A DNA stretch of 53,185 bases, filler included, from Diploschistes diacapsis (lineage: Eukaryota): the NCBI GenBank assembly GCA_023645945.1. It is 4 parts of 4 records of this genome, joined end to end, with 100 filler letters (N's around TTAATTAATTAA, not from the genome) between each part and the next. Parts side by side here need not be neighbours in the genome. Positions count along the whole stretch, not along the records: positions 13,334 to 26,561 come from JALAIB010000678.1; positions 26,662 to 39,877 come from JALAIB010000679.1; 2 more parts are not named here. One strand, given 5' to 3'. The translations under genes and the position numbers were made by a program. The notes below the pieces were generated by a model. It made no database searches. It saw only the letters and a list, made by a program, of their open reading frames with translations, and was not told where the DNA came from. Below are positions 22,566 to 35,290 of this stretch, in pieces. Numbering within the stretch: position 1 is the first letter of the stretch; each line of letters starts with the position of its first letter.

Positions 22566-23620
22566 ATGGCTGCCTCATGTGCTAGTGGGCAGTCAAGTAC
22601 CTTCTGTGCAACTAAGTTCGCTAACAAGAAACAAGCCGCCACTGACCCGAAGTCCCAATCGGGTTTCTGCCCTTCTCTCGGCGCCTCCATCCTCTTCCTT
22701 GTCCTCTTCGCTCTCACGACAGTGACACACCTCGTACAATCCATCTACTACAGCAAGCCTTACTGCTGGGTGGTCATCATGTCTGGCCTCTGGCAGACCC
22801 TCGGTTACGTCTTCCGCACGCTCAGCGTTCAATACCCGGAGAGCTTCCCTACTATGTGGGTTGGTTTGTACTCATCCTCGTGACACCATTGTTGACGAAT
22901 GCCTTTGTGTATATGGTTGTTGGGCGAGTCGTATGGAACTTCAAAGCTAATGCAAGGATTGGGAGAATCCAAGCTTGGAATCTGGGATTGATCTTTGTTA
23001 TGCTTGACATTGTTGCATTTGTAGTGCAGGCGTAGGGTGCTGGCACGGCGGCGACGGGAACGAACACGCCGGAATTTGTTGTTTTAAGTGGTGAGTAAGC
23101 CTTGATACATTGCACAAGGACCCCATTGACGTACTCCAAAGGCCTTCATACGTATATGGGAGGCGTTGGCATCCAGCAGCTATTCATCATCGTCTTCGTA
23201 GCGCTTACCTTGCACCTTCATTACCACATCCATCGGGAGCAGGTCGGCCATCAGAAAGCAAAGGCACAGTTATTCCTATCTTCGGTATACGCTGTGCTTG
23301 CCTTGGTTACAGTGATCTCAGCATCGCTTATTCCAATCGTTTCCCTACTGATAGGGAAACAAAGCTGCGCATCCTCTTTCGCATCTGCGAGTAATCACAG
23401 GGCCTTACCAGCACCATTCTGAACCATGAGGTGTACCAATACTGCTTGGACTCACTACCCATCTTCCTTGCCCTGTTCGTCTTCAACGTTGTGCATCCGG
23501 GGAGGACCATGTCGAGCAAAGAGAGCGATATGCCCGGACTATGCCAACGACGCAAGATATAGGCAAGAAGGACACAGCCGGAGCTCCATTTAACGTTGCT
23601 TGAGGGAAGGGTATGAACGA
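22566..23620 (+). pseudogene. RTA1-like membrane protein, disrupted
   Basis: FCPSLGASILFLVLF, NAFVYMVVGRVVWNF, YMGGVGIQQLFI and HEVYQYCLDSLP...VVHPGR motifs. In-frame stops at 23033-23035 and 23392-23394, and a frameshift near 22850. Confidence 0.85.
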
Positions 23621-25000
23621 GAAGTGCTCTCCTGAAGGCCAGATTCATGAGTCGTGAAGGGTCATCTTCTGCCCTTCTTGTTTGAAATCGATCTTAGGTT
23701 ATTATATGTGATATCACTCCCATTATACTCGCATAGAGGCGAGTTGACTTCCAGTCAGATGAAATATAAAGACCCTAGAAACAATATTCACGGAAGAACG
23801 AACGAAAATAAGAGCTGAGGCTGGCCTACCGAGAGCTAAAGCGACACAAGAGGCAGGTAATAAGGTTCAAATTATATGTAGCCTACCGTTTTGAAAAGCA
23901 TGGCATAGCTGAGCTTCGATTCCCATCAATCTTGTTTGTTTTTTATTGAAGCACAAGCGACTCTTTACGGCGAAGAACCCCCAAAGAGCCTACTAACCGG
24001 CCTTGACTGCACCCATGGAGAGCACTGACACGAGAGTCTCCGGTGAAAAGCACGAAGGGCAGGGAAGGCGGTGTGCGTACAAGAGCACACGCGTGTAACA
24101 TTCCTTCAACGTCCTCTCATCCTTGAACTTCCCACTGGCTTTAGTTTGATGCGCAATCGATGTGCAGTTGATAGACTTTGGCTCTTCAAAATTAATATCA
24201 CCCGTTGACTGTTCATGAGACCAATCAGATAGAACAAAATCTAGGTGGAAAATATTATTGGAATACTTAGAGAATGTCCCTACCTATACCCGAGGACATC
24301 TCGCACGCAGAGGAAAGGAAGTTCCCCATCCTACATCATATTCCCATCCAGGTATTGGTACATGATGCTCTCGATTTCAAAAAGATATATCACCTATGCA
24401 TGGTGCATTCCAGAGACATTCAAGCCTGAAAAAGTTCATGGTAACAAATTGTCCAGTACCCTCTAATATTAAAGAACTCTTCCCATCTTCTGCCTTACCA
24501 AACCAGCCAAGCAGTATCAGGAATAGTTTTACTTCTTGGTCCACTTTGTGCCCACACAAAAGCTCGGGAGATTCTTCAGATTAACTATAACACAGGTCAG
24601 AAATACTTGAAGCTCTCCCTAAAGTTTCTTGATTTAACTTCCATCTGAAGCATCTTCTGATATCTTGTGTGGCCATATAGGGTGAACGAGGAACTTGCGT
24701 GTGCAAATTATTTCTTAATATTTGCCAGCTGGCTTTGGTCACCACAAATAGGCGGATTTCCTGCAACTCCAAGGTGCGAGGAATTAGGTGGCAAAACAGG
24801 AAAATATTCACGCTGTTGAGACGCGCATGAACTCTTGAATACAGAGCTCGACCCCGAGATTCGTTTCAATGGAGCAGAAGTATTGTAAGAAAACAACACG
24901 AAAATCTTCTTCCATCACTGAGAACATAGGTCGTCCTCCAGTGGAGACTCGGACTTCGAATAGCTATGATGAGATAACCACCCTCTGTTTGGTCACTGAG

Positions 25001-25431
25001 TCAAGGGATGAACAGATTAGAGTTGAGCATTTGCAGAATAAAAGAGCAGTCCTGTACGAGGCTCTGGACCCCCAAAAATGTGCTGGCCGGCCTACACCCC
25101 TTCAAAAACACCCCAATCCTCTCCATCAGCACCTGATACATCGTCCCCTCGTCGTAGCCCACCGCATAGTACACCCACCCTCGCCAGATCGTGGACCGTG
25201 CCGCCCACCTCCTTGAGACAGGCTTCGATGCGCGAGAGGCAGACGTCGAGCTGCTCCCCGAGAGTGGGGGGGACGGTGCCCGTGGGCGTCACGGGGACTT
25301 GGCCGGCGATTGTAAGCAGGGTGAGGGTTGGGGGAGAGGGGGACGAGGGTGAGGTTGCTGTAGGCTGGATGCGGTGGGCCGAGGGATCCGGGGTCGATGG
25401 TTGGATGCGGGAGGGAGAGGAGGTGGGACAT
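25001..25431 (-). pseudogene. RidA/YjgF/YER057c family protein with two frameshifts (possibly sequencing errors)
   Basis: PPHPAYS, LLTIAGQV, EQLDVCLSRIEACL and RPASTFLGVQSL fall in three frames. Each shift is +1 inside a C or G run (about 25330 and 25175). Confidence 0.7.
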
Positions 25432-25765
25432 TGGGCAGGTGGGTGGGAAGGTTGATAGAGATGGAGAGGCCTAGTTAGAAGGTGATGGTTGTAGGTAAGA
25501 GAATTGGGAAAGTGCAGCCTTATACCACTTGAGCGTCGTTGACTCATTTTATGCCCGTAAATGAAAGGCGAGCGGAAAGATCATGACTGAAATTGGGAAT
25601 ACCTGTATATCTATTCCAAATCATCGACTGGACCGAATAAGCCCCTGGAAACTCTAATCTACTCCTTATGGAAGGATTTCAACGATTTCAGCCCACCCTT
25701 CCGGCAAACCAGACAACATCTATTTGCAGTACCCCACCCCCTATGCCTCTACATGACAAGCCTCT

Positions 25766-26561
25766 TTACTGAATGACCTTCACCACCTCCCCAAACCCCA
25801 ACCTCCCCTTCATCTCGGGTCTCGCGCCCTTGACCTCCCCAAACACCAGCTGCGCCTTGAGCCGCCAGTCCTCGGGCAGGCCGTACTTACCCGCGACCAT
25901 GCCCTCCGTGGCCGGGAAGGCGTTCATGTGCTGCAGGTTGGCGCCGAAGCCCTCGAGTTCGAGCGCGGTCCACAGCGCGCCCTGCGCTATCCCGCTCGCG
26001 TGCTCGGCCCACTGCTCCAGCATGTAGCCGACGTCCGGATGCCGCTCCTTGGCTGCGGCGATCGCGGAGTCGGACTCGAAGAAGAGGATCTGTAATAGAG
26101 ATGTTAGTAAGTATAGGAGGGGAGATCTGAGGATGGAGGGTGGGGGTATGTGATGATGCGCTGAGTCTGCGAGAAAAGAGAGGGCAGACAAAGATCGAGG
26201 TGTAGACGGTACAGGGGCTGCAACAGGGGTGGGGATCTCCTACACTTCCGTACGCGCCCTTGAACATGCCCAAGCGGCCCTCAAAGCCCTTCCACGCCTC
26301 CTCTCCCCTCTTCTCCACCATGATCGGCTTCACGACATCCATGACCGAGCTCCAGAACCCGGCGTTCTTCTCCTCCCCTAGCAGCATGACTAGGCGCGTG
26401 CTCTGCATGTTGTACGCCGACGGCGCATGGGCCATGACCTGCCGGACGATCTCCTCGACACGTGAGTCCGGGACAGGGGACGTGGCGGAGAGGGCGTAGA
26501 TGGAGCGGCGGTGAGCGAAGCCGGAGAGGAAGGCTTCGGCGGAGATGGGGGCGGCCGGGGA
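25766..26561 (-). CDS. Nitroreductase family protein (Frm2/Hbn1-like), 5'-partial
   Basis: HRRSIYALS, APSAYNMQSTR, AYGS|ILFFE (intron 26243-26090), WTALELEGFGANLQHMN and WRLKAQLVFG. Confidence 0.9.
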
Positions 26562-26661
26562 NNNNNNNNNNNNNNNNNNNNNNNNNNNNNNNNNNNNNNN
26601 NNNNNTTAATTAATTAANNNNNNNNNNNNNNNNNNNNNNNNNNNNNNNNNNNNNNNNNNNN
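26562..26661. other. Artificial contig linker
   Basis: 44 N + TTAATTAATTAA (26606-26617) + 44 N. Confidence 0.98.
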
Positions 26662-29063
26662 CCTTTGCCCCATGCTCCGCTTCCCACCTCTCCTCCGCCC
26701 TCGATCCTCCTCCCCTTCCTGTCGACCCTCAGATCCCGCGGATCGAAACCGCCTCTCCCCCAAAGCGCCCATTCCGGCGTCTTTGCGCCCGCATAGTCCT
26801 CCGGCCCAAACTCCGCTCCAGCCTCCAGCAACTCAAAATACCTCCCGTAATCGATCAACGTCCGCCACTCGCCCCCGATCCTGAACCGCTCGCTCGCCAG
26901 CAACGCGCAGCAGCTGTGCTTGTGCTCCGCCGCAATCCCATACCCGAGCCCCCGCCTTCGTAGCTCCGCGTGCAGCGCGAGCACGAACTCGCACACCTCC
27001 TCGTAGAACGGCACGTTCGCCATCGTCAGTCCCGCCCCCTTCGAAGTCGAGGTGCCGCAGAAGGTGACGCCCTTGATTTCCACGAAGCAGGGGAGACCCC
27101 GTGCGACGAGGTCCGCGTACCCGGCCACCTCGGCGTCGACGTTGAAGCCCTTGACCAGCGTGAGCCGGAACACCGTGCGCGTCGTGTGCCGGCGGGCCCG
27201 CAGAATGTCGAGGCAGCGCAGGAAGCGCTCCCAGAAGTCGCGGTGCAGGGGCCTGTCGATGGCGCGCAGCGAGTCGCGGTTGCTCGCGTCGATGGAGACG
27301 TAGAGCTGAGTGACGTGTTTGAGGGCGGCGAGCTGGTCCGGGTGCTGGGCGTTGCAGACGAGGAAGGAGGAGATGCGTTCGGCGTGTAGCAGAGCCAGAA
27401 GCTCGTTGATGTGCGGGTAGAAGATGGGCTCCCCGACGAGGCTGAGGGCGCAGTGCCGGATGCGTTGCGCTTCTTGGAAGCGCTCGGCGCGCACGCCTGG
27501 CACGCCGCGCATCATTTTGATCTTCTTGAGGTGTTGCTCCTTGGCGCCGTGGAAGATCAGGTCCGGAGGATCGACTTGCCAGCGCCAGGTTGTGCCGACG
27601 GGGTTGGTGCCGTGGCGCCAGCAGAAGACGCATTTGTTGGAGCAGGAGAGTGAGGGGGTTGTTTCCATGCAGAGGTGCGAGGCGATACCGTAGAAGGAGT
27701 GCTTGTAGCAGGATCCTCGCCCCCGCAGTGCCGACTTTGTCCAGCGGCAGATCTTTACCCCCGAATGAGAGCCGATGATGGAATAGCCTTGTTTCGTGAG
27801 AGCAGCATAGGTGGGAGACGTCGTGGGTACCATGGGTTTTGGAGCAGACGGGATTTGAAAAACTGTGGCATTAGATTTCGAGGTTGTGAAGTCAATGGCA
27901 AGCGGTGGTTCCAAGGAATTGACACCAATATCTTCTAGATCATTAGAATACTCCCTGTCCGCTCTCCGACGTTTCTTCCTAGACCCGTCGGCTCTTTCGG
28001 TAGCTGGCAATATTCCTTCGTCGTCAACATCCTCGTCGCTTTCCAAGGCGTCTCCGCTGCCGGGAACACCCTCGCCCAAGCTGCCGGTCTCTACCATCAT
28101 CTGCAGTGTTTCCCTGACGCCTTCCCACCACCCTTCCAACCTCTTCTCCGCGTCCGACTTGACGTCACCCAGCCCGAGCGGAAATGCGCGCTTACGGTCG
28201 GTCAGCTTTGCCATCCACCTGTCGACCTCCCTGGCTTGAGCACAGAATCCTTCCTCTTCAGAAGGCCAACCCTCCTTATCACCAAAGCCGAATACTGCAT
28301 AACCCAGCAAGCCTACCATGGGTGCGGTGTCAACGCGAAAATCATAGTGAGTGTCTTGCAGATGCAGTATGAAGGTGTTCAGTACGGTATCGATGTTATA
28401 GGAAGGGACGAGAATGAGGTAGAAGTACTTGATGTCGCTTTCCGTGGAAGCTTTCTTGGGTGTGGAGAGGAAGTAGTCGTCGTATTCAATGTACGATAAA
28501 TCATGCAGCTGCGGCTCGAGAACAGAAGGTCCAAGAGGCTGTCGCTTGAAGCTCGCCACGAGCGACTTTGCAAAAGATTCTGTGGTGCCTGTCAATGACG
28601 AGAAGAAGACCACGGGCTGTATGACAGACACTGATCCTTTGGAAGTTGGGCCCGGTGCTGCGGCTGTTTTTCTTGCGCTTCTTGATCCAACGACTCTTTT
28701 TGGCTCTCGCTTTGCTTTGCCATTGTCATGAAAATCTTGTTGTGGCCGCAAGCTTGATATATCAGTCGTTTTTCGTTCTCCCGACAAGCTTTCAATCTCA
28801 GGAGTGGGTATGCGAGGCTTTTCTGTGCTTGGACTTATCGCATCCGTATCCAGCAACGTAGGAACCTTCTTTTGCGCATATCGGGACCTTAGCTGCATGC
28901 GGATTTTCAATGTGATGACAAGGAAAAGAATAATGAGCGGTATCCGGTAAGCATGCCAAAAGGCGAGGAGTCCTGCGACACTGATCAGTCGGCAACTTCT
29001 CTACCTCGGGACCACGAGAACCTCACCCTGCTGCTTCTGCCAAAACCCCCTAGCTTGGTTCAT
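26662..29063 (-). CDS. TYW1: tRNA wybutosine-synthesis radical SAM enzyme Tyw1 (3' end runs into the gap)
   Basis: ATG at 29063 and intron 29026-28973. N-terminal hydrophobic segment, flavodoxin domain (FFSSLTGTTE, YAVFGFGD), HSGVKICRWTK, CYKHSFYGIASHLC and the CxxxCxxC motif CSNKCVFC. Confidence 0.95.
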
Positions 29064-29949
29064 GATGATTTGATCCAGTCTACCAATTATATCTGGGGTT
29101 TTTCTATAGCCAATCTTTTGCCACATAAGCTCTTAAAGGACGAAAGATGTTCGTCTAGTACAATGATTTTGTTTGGCAGTTTAAAAGATATATAGACCAA
29201 TGCCCCCCACCCACTGTGTTAAAGCCCTTTCAGGGTTTTGCGGGGCAAAGAGAGAGAGAGAGTTGAAATATTAGCTCGGCGCACTCGGTTTCCCGCGGAT
29301 GGGGGTGAATGCAGCAGTAAGTAGTAAGTAGAAGTGAGGCGATCTAACGTTTCAACACGGCTGGACTGTATATGTATAGCATACTGTTTACCCCCCAGTC
29401 CAAAGTTTAGCCTACTTCACTCTTCTCTCCCATAGTCAGATAGAGAATTTACATAATGCACTAACATTTGAACTGCCATGAAACAACCCCATTGCGGACT
29501 GAAAAAGAATAAAGAGCAGTACAGTATACAGTACTCTGCTTCGGGTTATGGTGAGCGCTACTGCTATTATTATTTTATCTTATCCGCCATAAAGTCTGTC
29601 TTCGCAAAGGACAAAGTTTGAATAAAAAAGTCTCATCAGGCATTGAAAGCCTATGTCTCGTACATACTTACTTTCTGTTTTGCACATACCTCGCAAAGCA
29701 AGATGTTAGCTAATTGTAGGATCATACGGGATACGATACACAGCCATAGAAAACCCGCTGCTGTACCGTGTTTACCACAATATCTTCAGCAGACCTTCTC
29801 TGGCCCGAATTGTTTCTTAAACACCGCCATAGCCGCTTTGAAAAAAGTCTCTTCCCCAAATGAATCATGGCGTCCCCACTCGCAAGCACATATGTGCTCC
29901 CGAAGACTCCTGGACGCGTCCAAAGAATTTGTGACAGAGTCTCTGGGAG

Positions 29950-32700
29950 CATCCTGATCATATGGTGCTTTCCAGCTAGCATTGCACTATCGTTGTTGAT
30001 GTGACATCATGCCTGCGCTAAAGAACAAGGCCGGCCCAAATTCAGACGACCAAGAGCAATGAGTCGACCAAAGGCTACTCTCGCAGATCTTCTTCCATAC
30101 CACACTGTGAGGGACCTGCTCGGCTGTGATTGAAAATAGGTTTGACATTCCTGCCAGATGCTTACCCTCCCTGAAACTAGGCTAATAATGTAAAGCACCA
30201 GTTGCCCATAACAGTGAATGCAGAGTGCATGCATGGTGGGAGCCGACAACGGCCAGAAAGACCTTAGTAGTCAGTGGTCATACCCCCGGAGGCCTCTTAT
30301 TCGTCGGCTCCATTTTCGAGGTACATGCGGTGCGACATTACCGAGAGGACTTATGCCCTCGAACTATCAGCCAATGCTTGGTACCAAAGTGGAAGCCAGA
30401 AATGTAAGGGGGACTGGCCGTTATCCATGAGTTAAACGTGCGTTGTGCTCGTTCGATTGGCTACCGGACCACGTTGTCCGAAGTTCAGGTTCCAGCGAGC
30501 CAGTGCATATTTTGTTTGGAGACTAATTCATGTCTTGATCTCTACGGCCCCCTAGAAGAGCTTTGATTAGCCTCGTCGTGGGTGCTCAAGATAAATACAA
30601 TAGCAAATTGTTCGCGCCTATTATAAACGGCCGTATCGAAACTAGTATCGATCCACTCAATCTGCTGGTCGGTGCAGAGTGAGGGAACAGGCATGCAACC
30701 TATAGTGATGGGAGATTGGCGGAAAGATAATGGGAGTGTGAAGAAAGTTGCTCATACACAAGGGAACCAACCGTCCACTTCAAAGTTGTTCCCAAGCCGA
30801 CAACTGTGCACCTAGAACAGAGTAGCAGCGTTGAGTCAAGTATGGTGCGAACATGAGACAGGAGAAACAAGACAATCGCTACTAAATAGACCATCTAATT
30901 TCATTATTGTGCATTAAGCAGTCCAAACCAAAAGCCCCGAGTATCGAGTAATCAGGCTTCACAACACAGCACTCCAAATGTCTTTCAAAGGTCAAGGTCT
31001 ATTTCACATACCATGGGTCGGACGAGGTTTCTGTGGTCGCAACGCAAGCGAACGTAGCCAGGAGACTGTGAGACTCCTTGAAAGCTGGGGGCCAAAAGCT
31101 TTCGAATTGGCTTGAGATCTCCTCTTGCTCAGACGAGCGAATGGGCGTTCTTCCCTCCACTGCACACCAAACTTGAGTATTCTAACGTGGAGTAGAGAAG
31201 AATCCGTGGCAAGATTGCTGGAAGGCGTTTTTTACTTGTGATAGGAACTTGGACATAGAGCGACACCAGTAGGACAGTAGCAAGCAGTCCTTGCATGGAC
31301 TCTAAGAGCGACCCGTTGCCCGTTGCCCGAGGTACACTGCATTTGTCGACCGTGATACTGGCGAATGTTTTATGAAAAGTGTTGAGTGACGCTGTCGTGG
31401 GGCACTGCACGGCAAATATCCGTCGACAAGATGCCCAATACCGTGGTGTTGGATACATATTTCGGACCCACCGCATCTGTAGCAGGAATCCATATGCCGC
31501 CTATATGTACCATTTACGTTGGTGCTTCCAGACATGCTGTGTAACAGTTACAAGGAAATCGAATGAGCAAGGCCTGCCTCGGTGGTTGCGACTCCTGCGC
31601 TGTGATCAGATTCCCCCTGTCGAAAAGTATGCAGATCTAGAGGTAGTAGGATTGCGGAAAGTACTGCACGCAAGCATCCACTAGCCAAATATGGTGCGGC
31701 TATTAAGCTTCTGCCCTGCATTAGGAGACATTGTGAGGTGTGCCAAATTTCAAAAAGTCTCACAAAGTAACCAGCCAAACAATCTATTTTTGCAAGAAAG
31801 TATATCAGTACCCTGAGCTTCGAGGAACAGTTTTGCTGCATCGTGATTTGAGTGGTAACTGGACACCGGAAAATGGTTCCTCTATCTTGGTGGCCAAAGC
31901 TTGGACTATTCCTTACGTATGGGGCAGCAATCTGGTCGAATAGCTTGCAGATTGACCATGGTCAATCGCGACTTAAAAGGACTGTAAGAAGAAACAGAAA
32001 GGCCTAGGTTAGACAGCATGTTACGGGTCTTCTTAATCCTCCACCGGTTGCTTGATTATCGTATCATTTGCCAAAATTGAAGCACCTCGACACTGATCGT
32101 AGAGAACTCGGAAGCTAGAAAGATGTCAACTTCTTTCCCAATGTAACTTGTGTAGGCATCACTGCTGCGGAAGGCTACTCCTGAATAGTCACCTCCAAGC
32201 AACGCAATATCAATACTTGTGCTACTCTCCCTAGAGCTCCGCCAAGTAGGAGCCCACGGCAGATCGTCTAGAATGATTAATCCAGCTATTCGTCGGACAT
32301 GTCAATAGAAATAGGGCAGACGCCTATACCGATGTGGGGTTTGCAAAGGCGTCCAAGCATCGAACACAAGATCTCGAAAAGGAGTGGAGTGAGAATTGTT
32401 GAGGTAGATTACACGTATGAAGCCGAGCTGAAAATGACTGGCCATCATCAACTCCGTAAGGAGTCAAGTACCCTAGTGAAAAGGCTCTAGGAGAAGACAA
32501 GCCAGCAGAGCATGCAAGGTAATATGCTATTAAACTTGAGCATCTGAACTCCGGGAGATCTCTATTTGACCAAACTGGGACACCGCATTTCCAGTCTTGA
32601 GGGAAGAAGTACGGCCAGCTGCATTCAGATGAGTTTTTCTTTTCTTTTGGGAAACAGGCCGGCGCCCACAGACAGTACGAGCTGCATAGCGGGAAACGAG
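29950..32700 (-). pseudogene. Heavily decayed coding sequence, possibly an F-box-like protein
   Basis: No long ORF. Scattered minus-strand fragments (ILPCMLCWLV, PLLFEILCSM, WIPATDAV, RYWAS, PYISGFHF, VAFGRL) resemble fungal F-box-associated proteins. Judged by eye only. Confidence 0.3.
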
Positions 32701-33046
32701 GATAAGATGCAATAGAGCCGACTTTGTCAACGAGATGAGATGGTTTGGTTTGGCTTGGTTCGGTTTGTGGTGGCTGCCGGAAGGTTGGTTGCAGGTATGA
32801 TGATTTGAATATTTGTGGGATGATTGTGAGAAATTTCAAAATCCGTAATGGAGATATGAGCTACGTCATCGCATCGTGCTAGCTTCCCTTACGCGAGATA
32901 TCAGCATCCCACCAAGATTCACCAAGATTCACCACGGACACACCTGCTTTACATCAATCTTGTTCAACTTGTATTGCTTGAAATCCTGGATTCTCGACTT
33001 CCGATCTTGTAAAGATACTTTGTTTTGCCATTCCTACTTAATCAAG

Positions 33047-33545
33047 ATGTCTGGACAATCATCTGTCGGTACTGGATCAGTGTACGAGGCTGGTGACCAG
33101 CGCAATATCAAGGACTCCGAAGCCAGGACGGCAGACCGTTACAACGAGGGTGTCTCCAATTCCCATAAGCCCAATGACTCTAGTATGTCATCGCGCCGTA
33201 AGTTGAATCGGACATGCTGATAGCGTGCCAGAGGATGAGCGAAGCATTGCCAACCGGTTAGCTAGAGAAGAGGTATGAGCGACACCCCTACTAACTTGTC
33301 TGATGCATTCGTTGCTGAAGTCGCCACAGAAGAGGAAAGACGGCGATGGTTTGAGCAAAGAAGCCAAGCAAGCAAAGGAAGACCCAACCTTACCGGTAAG
33401 GACGCTTGCTATATATTAGAGGGGTATTGCGACTGATGAACCAAAGGCTCGCTCACACGGCAACGAACCCTCGAAGGGAGCAAAAATTGATGCAGAACTT
33501 CAGGCCGAAGAAGAGGAAATGTTGAAGAAAAAAGGAGCCAAGTGA
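33047..33545 (+). CDS. Small conserved hydrophilic fungal protein, 3 introns
   Basis: Exons 33047-33182, 33232-33272, 33330-33395 and 33447-33545 give SVYEAGDQRN...KDERSIANRLAREE...DPTLPARSHGNEPSKGAKIDAEL. Confidence 0.85.
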
Positions 33546-35290
33546 GGTCGGATGTAAAATAGCCCAGATATGCGTGAACAATAAGCTAGCAGCAGGTATT
33601 GGCTGCTGCATCTGATCTATTCATTATCATCCACCTGACAACAAGAGTTGAAAGAATAATAGAGCCATGCATCGTAGCTCGCCGTTCTAGGGAAGTGAGC
33701 AGCATAATGTTGAGCGTTTCCCTTGTTTATTTTCACCGTTTCGTAACGACGACGTCGATAAGATAAGTATTCACGTTCAAACTGAAAGTTGGTGCTGGGC
33801 CCGGAACCTGCACCGTCCTGTCAGCACTTGAAATAGCTAGCTTCGAGTTCGTTTGAACCTTCAAGCAAGCCGAATCGCAGGAATGTGTTACGTAGCTTGT
33901 ATCGATATCACATGCGCCATCCTAGACAGTGACGAGGAGGAAGAAACGGATAACGCACCTGTAGGCTTTGTGAATTTGTCAAACACTCTCGTACATTTAG
34001 TCCCACATACGTACATGCATGGAGTACTGTACTGCGTACTGCGCCAAAACCCTCTCTGTGCCTAGTTCACCCAAGGGACAACCGTGAGATGTGTGTGTGA
34101 CCTCACCTCCCTTGCTGGAGTGGGTATACTACTACTGTACTCTGACCGCGTTGGAAAAAAAGTCGATTTTTTTCAAGCGCAGCTGTCACACGCAAATAGC
34201 GGCAAGACAAAAAGAAAATTCCTTCATGAGAGGAAATCAACGTGCGTCGATTGTTGAGAAGTCTATGTCTAATTTCCCATCCGCATGTAACGCAGTCTAA
34301 CTGATTCCTTTCGTCCAGGAGGCAAGGCATTCATCGCTGACAGTCACACCAAGTAAAGCATCTTACATCTCCGATCCTCAGAGGCACATCAACTCCAATC
34401 ACCAGGCCTTGTCCGCACTTGTTCTCTAGCTCCCCCTTAGCTCTCTGCTGGCGTAACACCGTTGCCAACGGCATCCCATCATCACCGCCCTATGGCTAGA
34501 GACTAGAGCTAGAGCTAGACCGTGGGACTGGAGTCCCCTCACCAGTCCACCAAACGGTCTGGAGACTACAATACTGACTGCTTCTACCTCTCGGCTGATG
34601 CTCTATTACCTCAGGGCGCATCAGGCGGCAAATGCAAAAAACAAATAAAAAAGCATTCCCTGAGCTCCAGCGTGAGCAAAACTCCATTGACCGTGTGGCG
34701 TTGGCAGCCATGGCATGGGATCCCCCGATTCACCCCAAAACGGGCTCATCTTGGGCCAGCCTTTCCACTCCATGCAGCTGACACTGCCTTAGAGTAAATT
34801 GGCAGATGCTTTGCAGATACCCCTCTAGCACCTTCCGCAGCTTCGGGGAACGGGCGGACCGCTGCTGCAGCATGGCCCCCTGTGCTGCTTGAGAGATACA
34901 GCACGGCGCTCTAAAGAAACGGGGCCTGTTGCCTGATTATCTACCGACACCTCGCCGAGCCGTGAAGACACTCACCTATCCTAAGCAGCTTCTTTTGGAT
35001 CGTCAAAAGTTCGGCATGCATACGTCCGTATGGGCAATTGTCGTTTTGGTCTACTCTGCAAATGCTTTCGATATCTGCGCTGTATCTGTTGAGTCATGCT
35101 GCCCAATGGATCCTCCATGTGTGTGGGGGGGGAGGGGGGTTCCAGGGCGTGATGGAGTGGTATTCGGAGTGATATTCTCGGTCGTCGTGGTTTCCGAAAA
35201 CCTGCGTATCTATATAAGATATGTGACTTTCTTGAATATGCACGCCGTGGCTTTATTTTTAGCTTTGCCTTGTTTCTCCTAATCTGCAAG

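Noticed and set aside
24240..25000. Possible decayed gene on the minus strand (fragments such as IPDTAWLVW, RRWEEFFNIRGYW)
   Set aside because: There are too many stops and no family I can recognise. It would need a tBLASTx search.
26610..26661. ORF-track extensions of TYW1 and other ORFs containing X
   Set aside because: They are read through N runs and end at linker stop codons.
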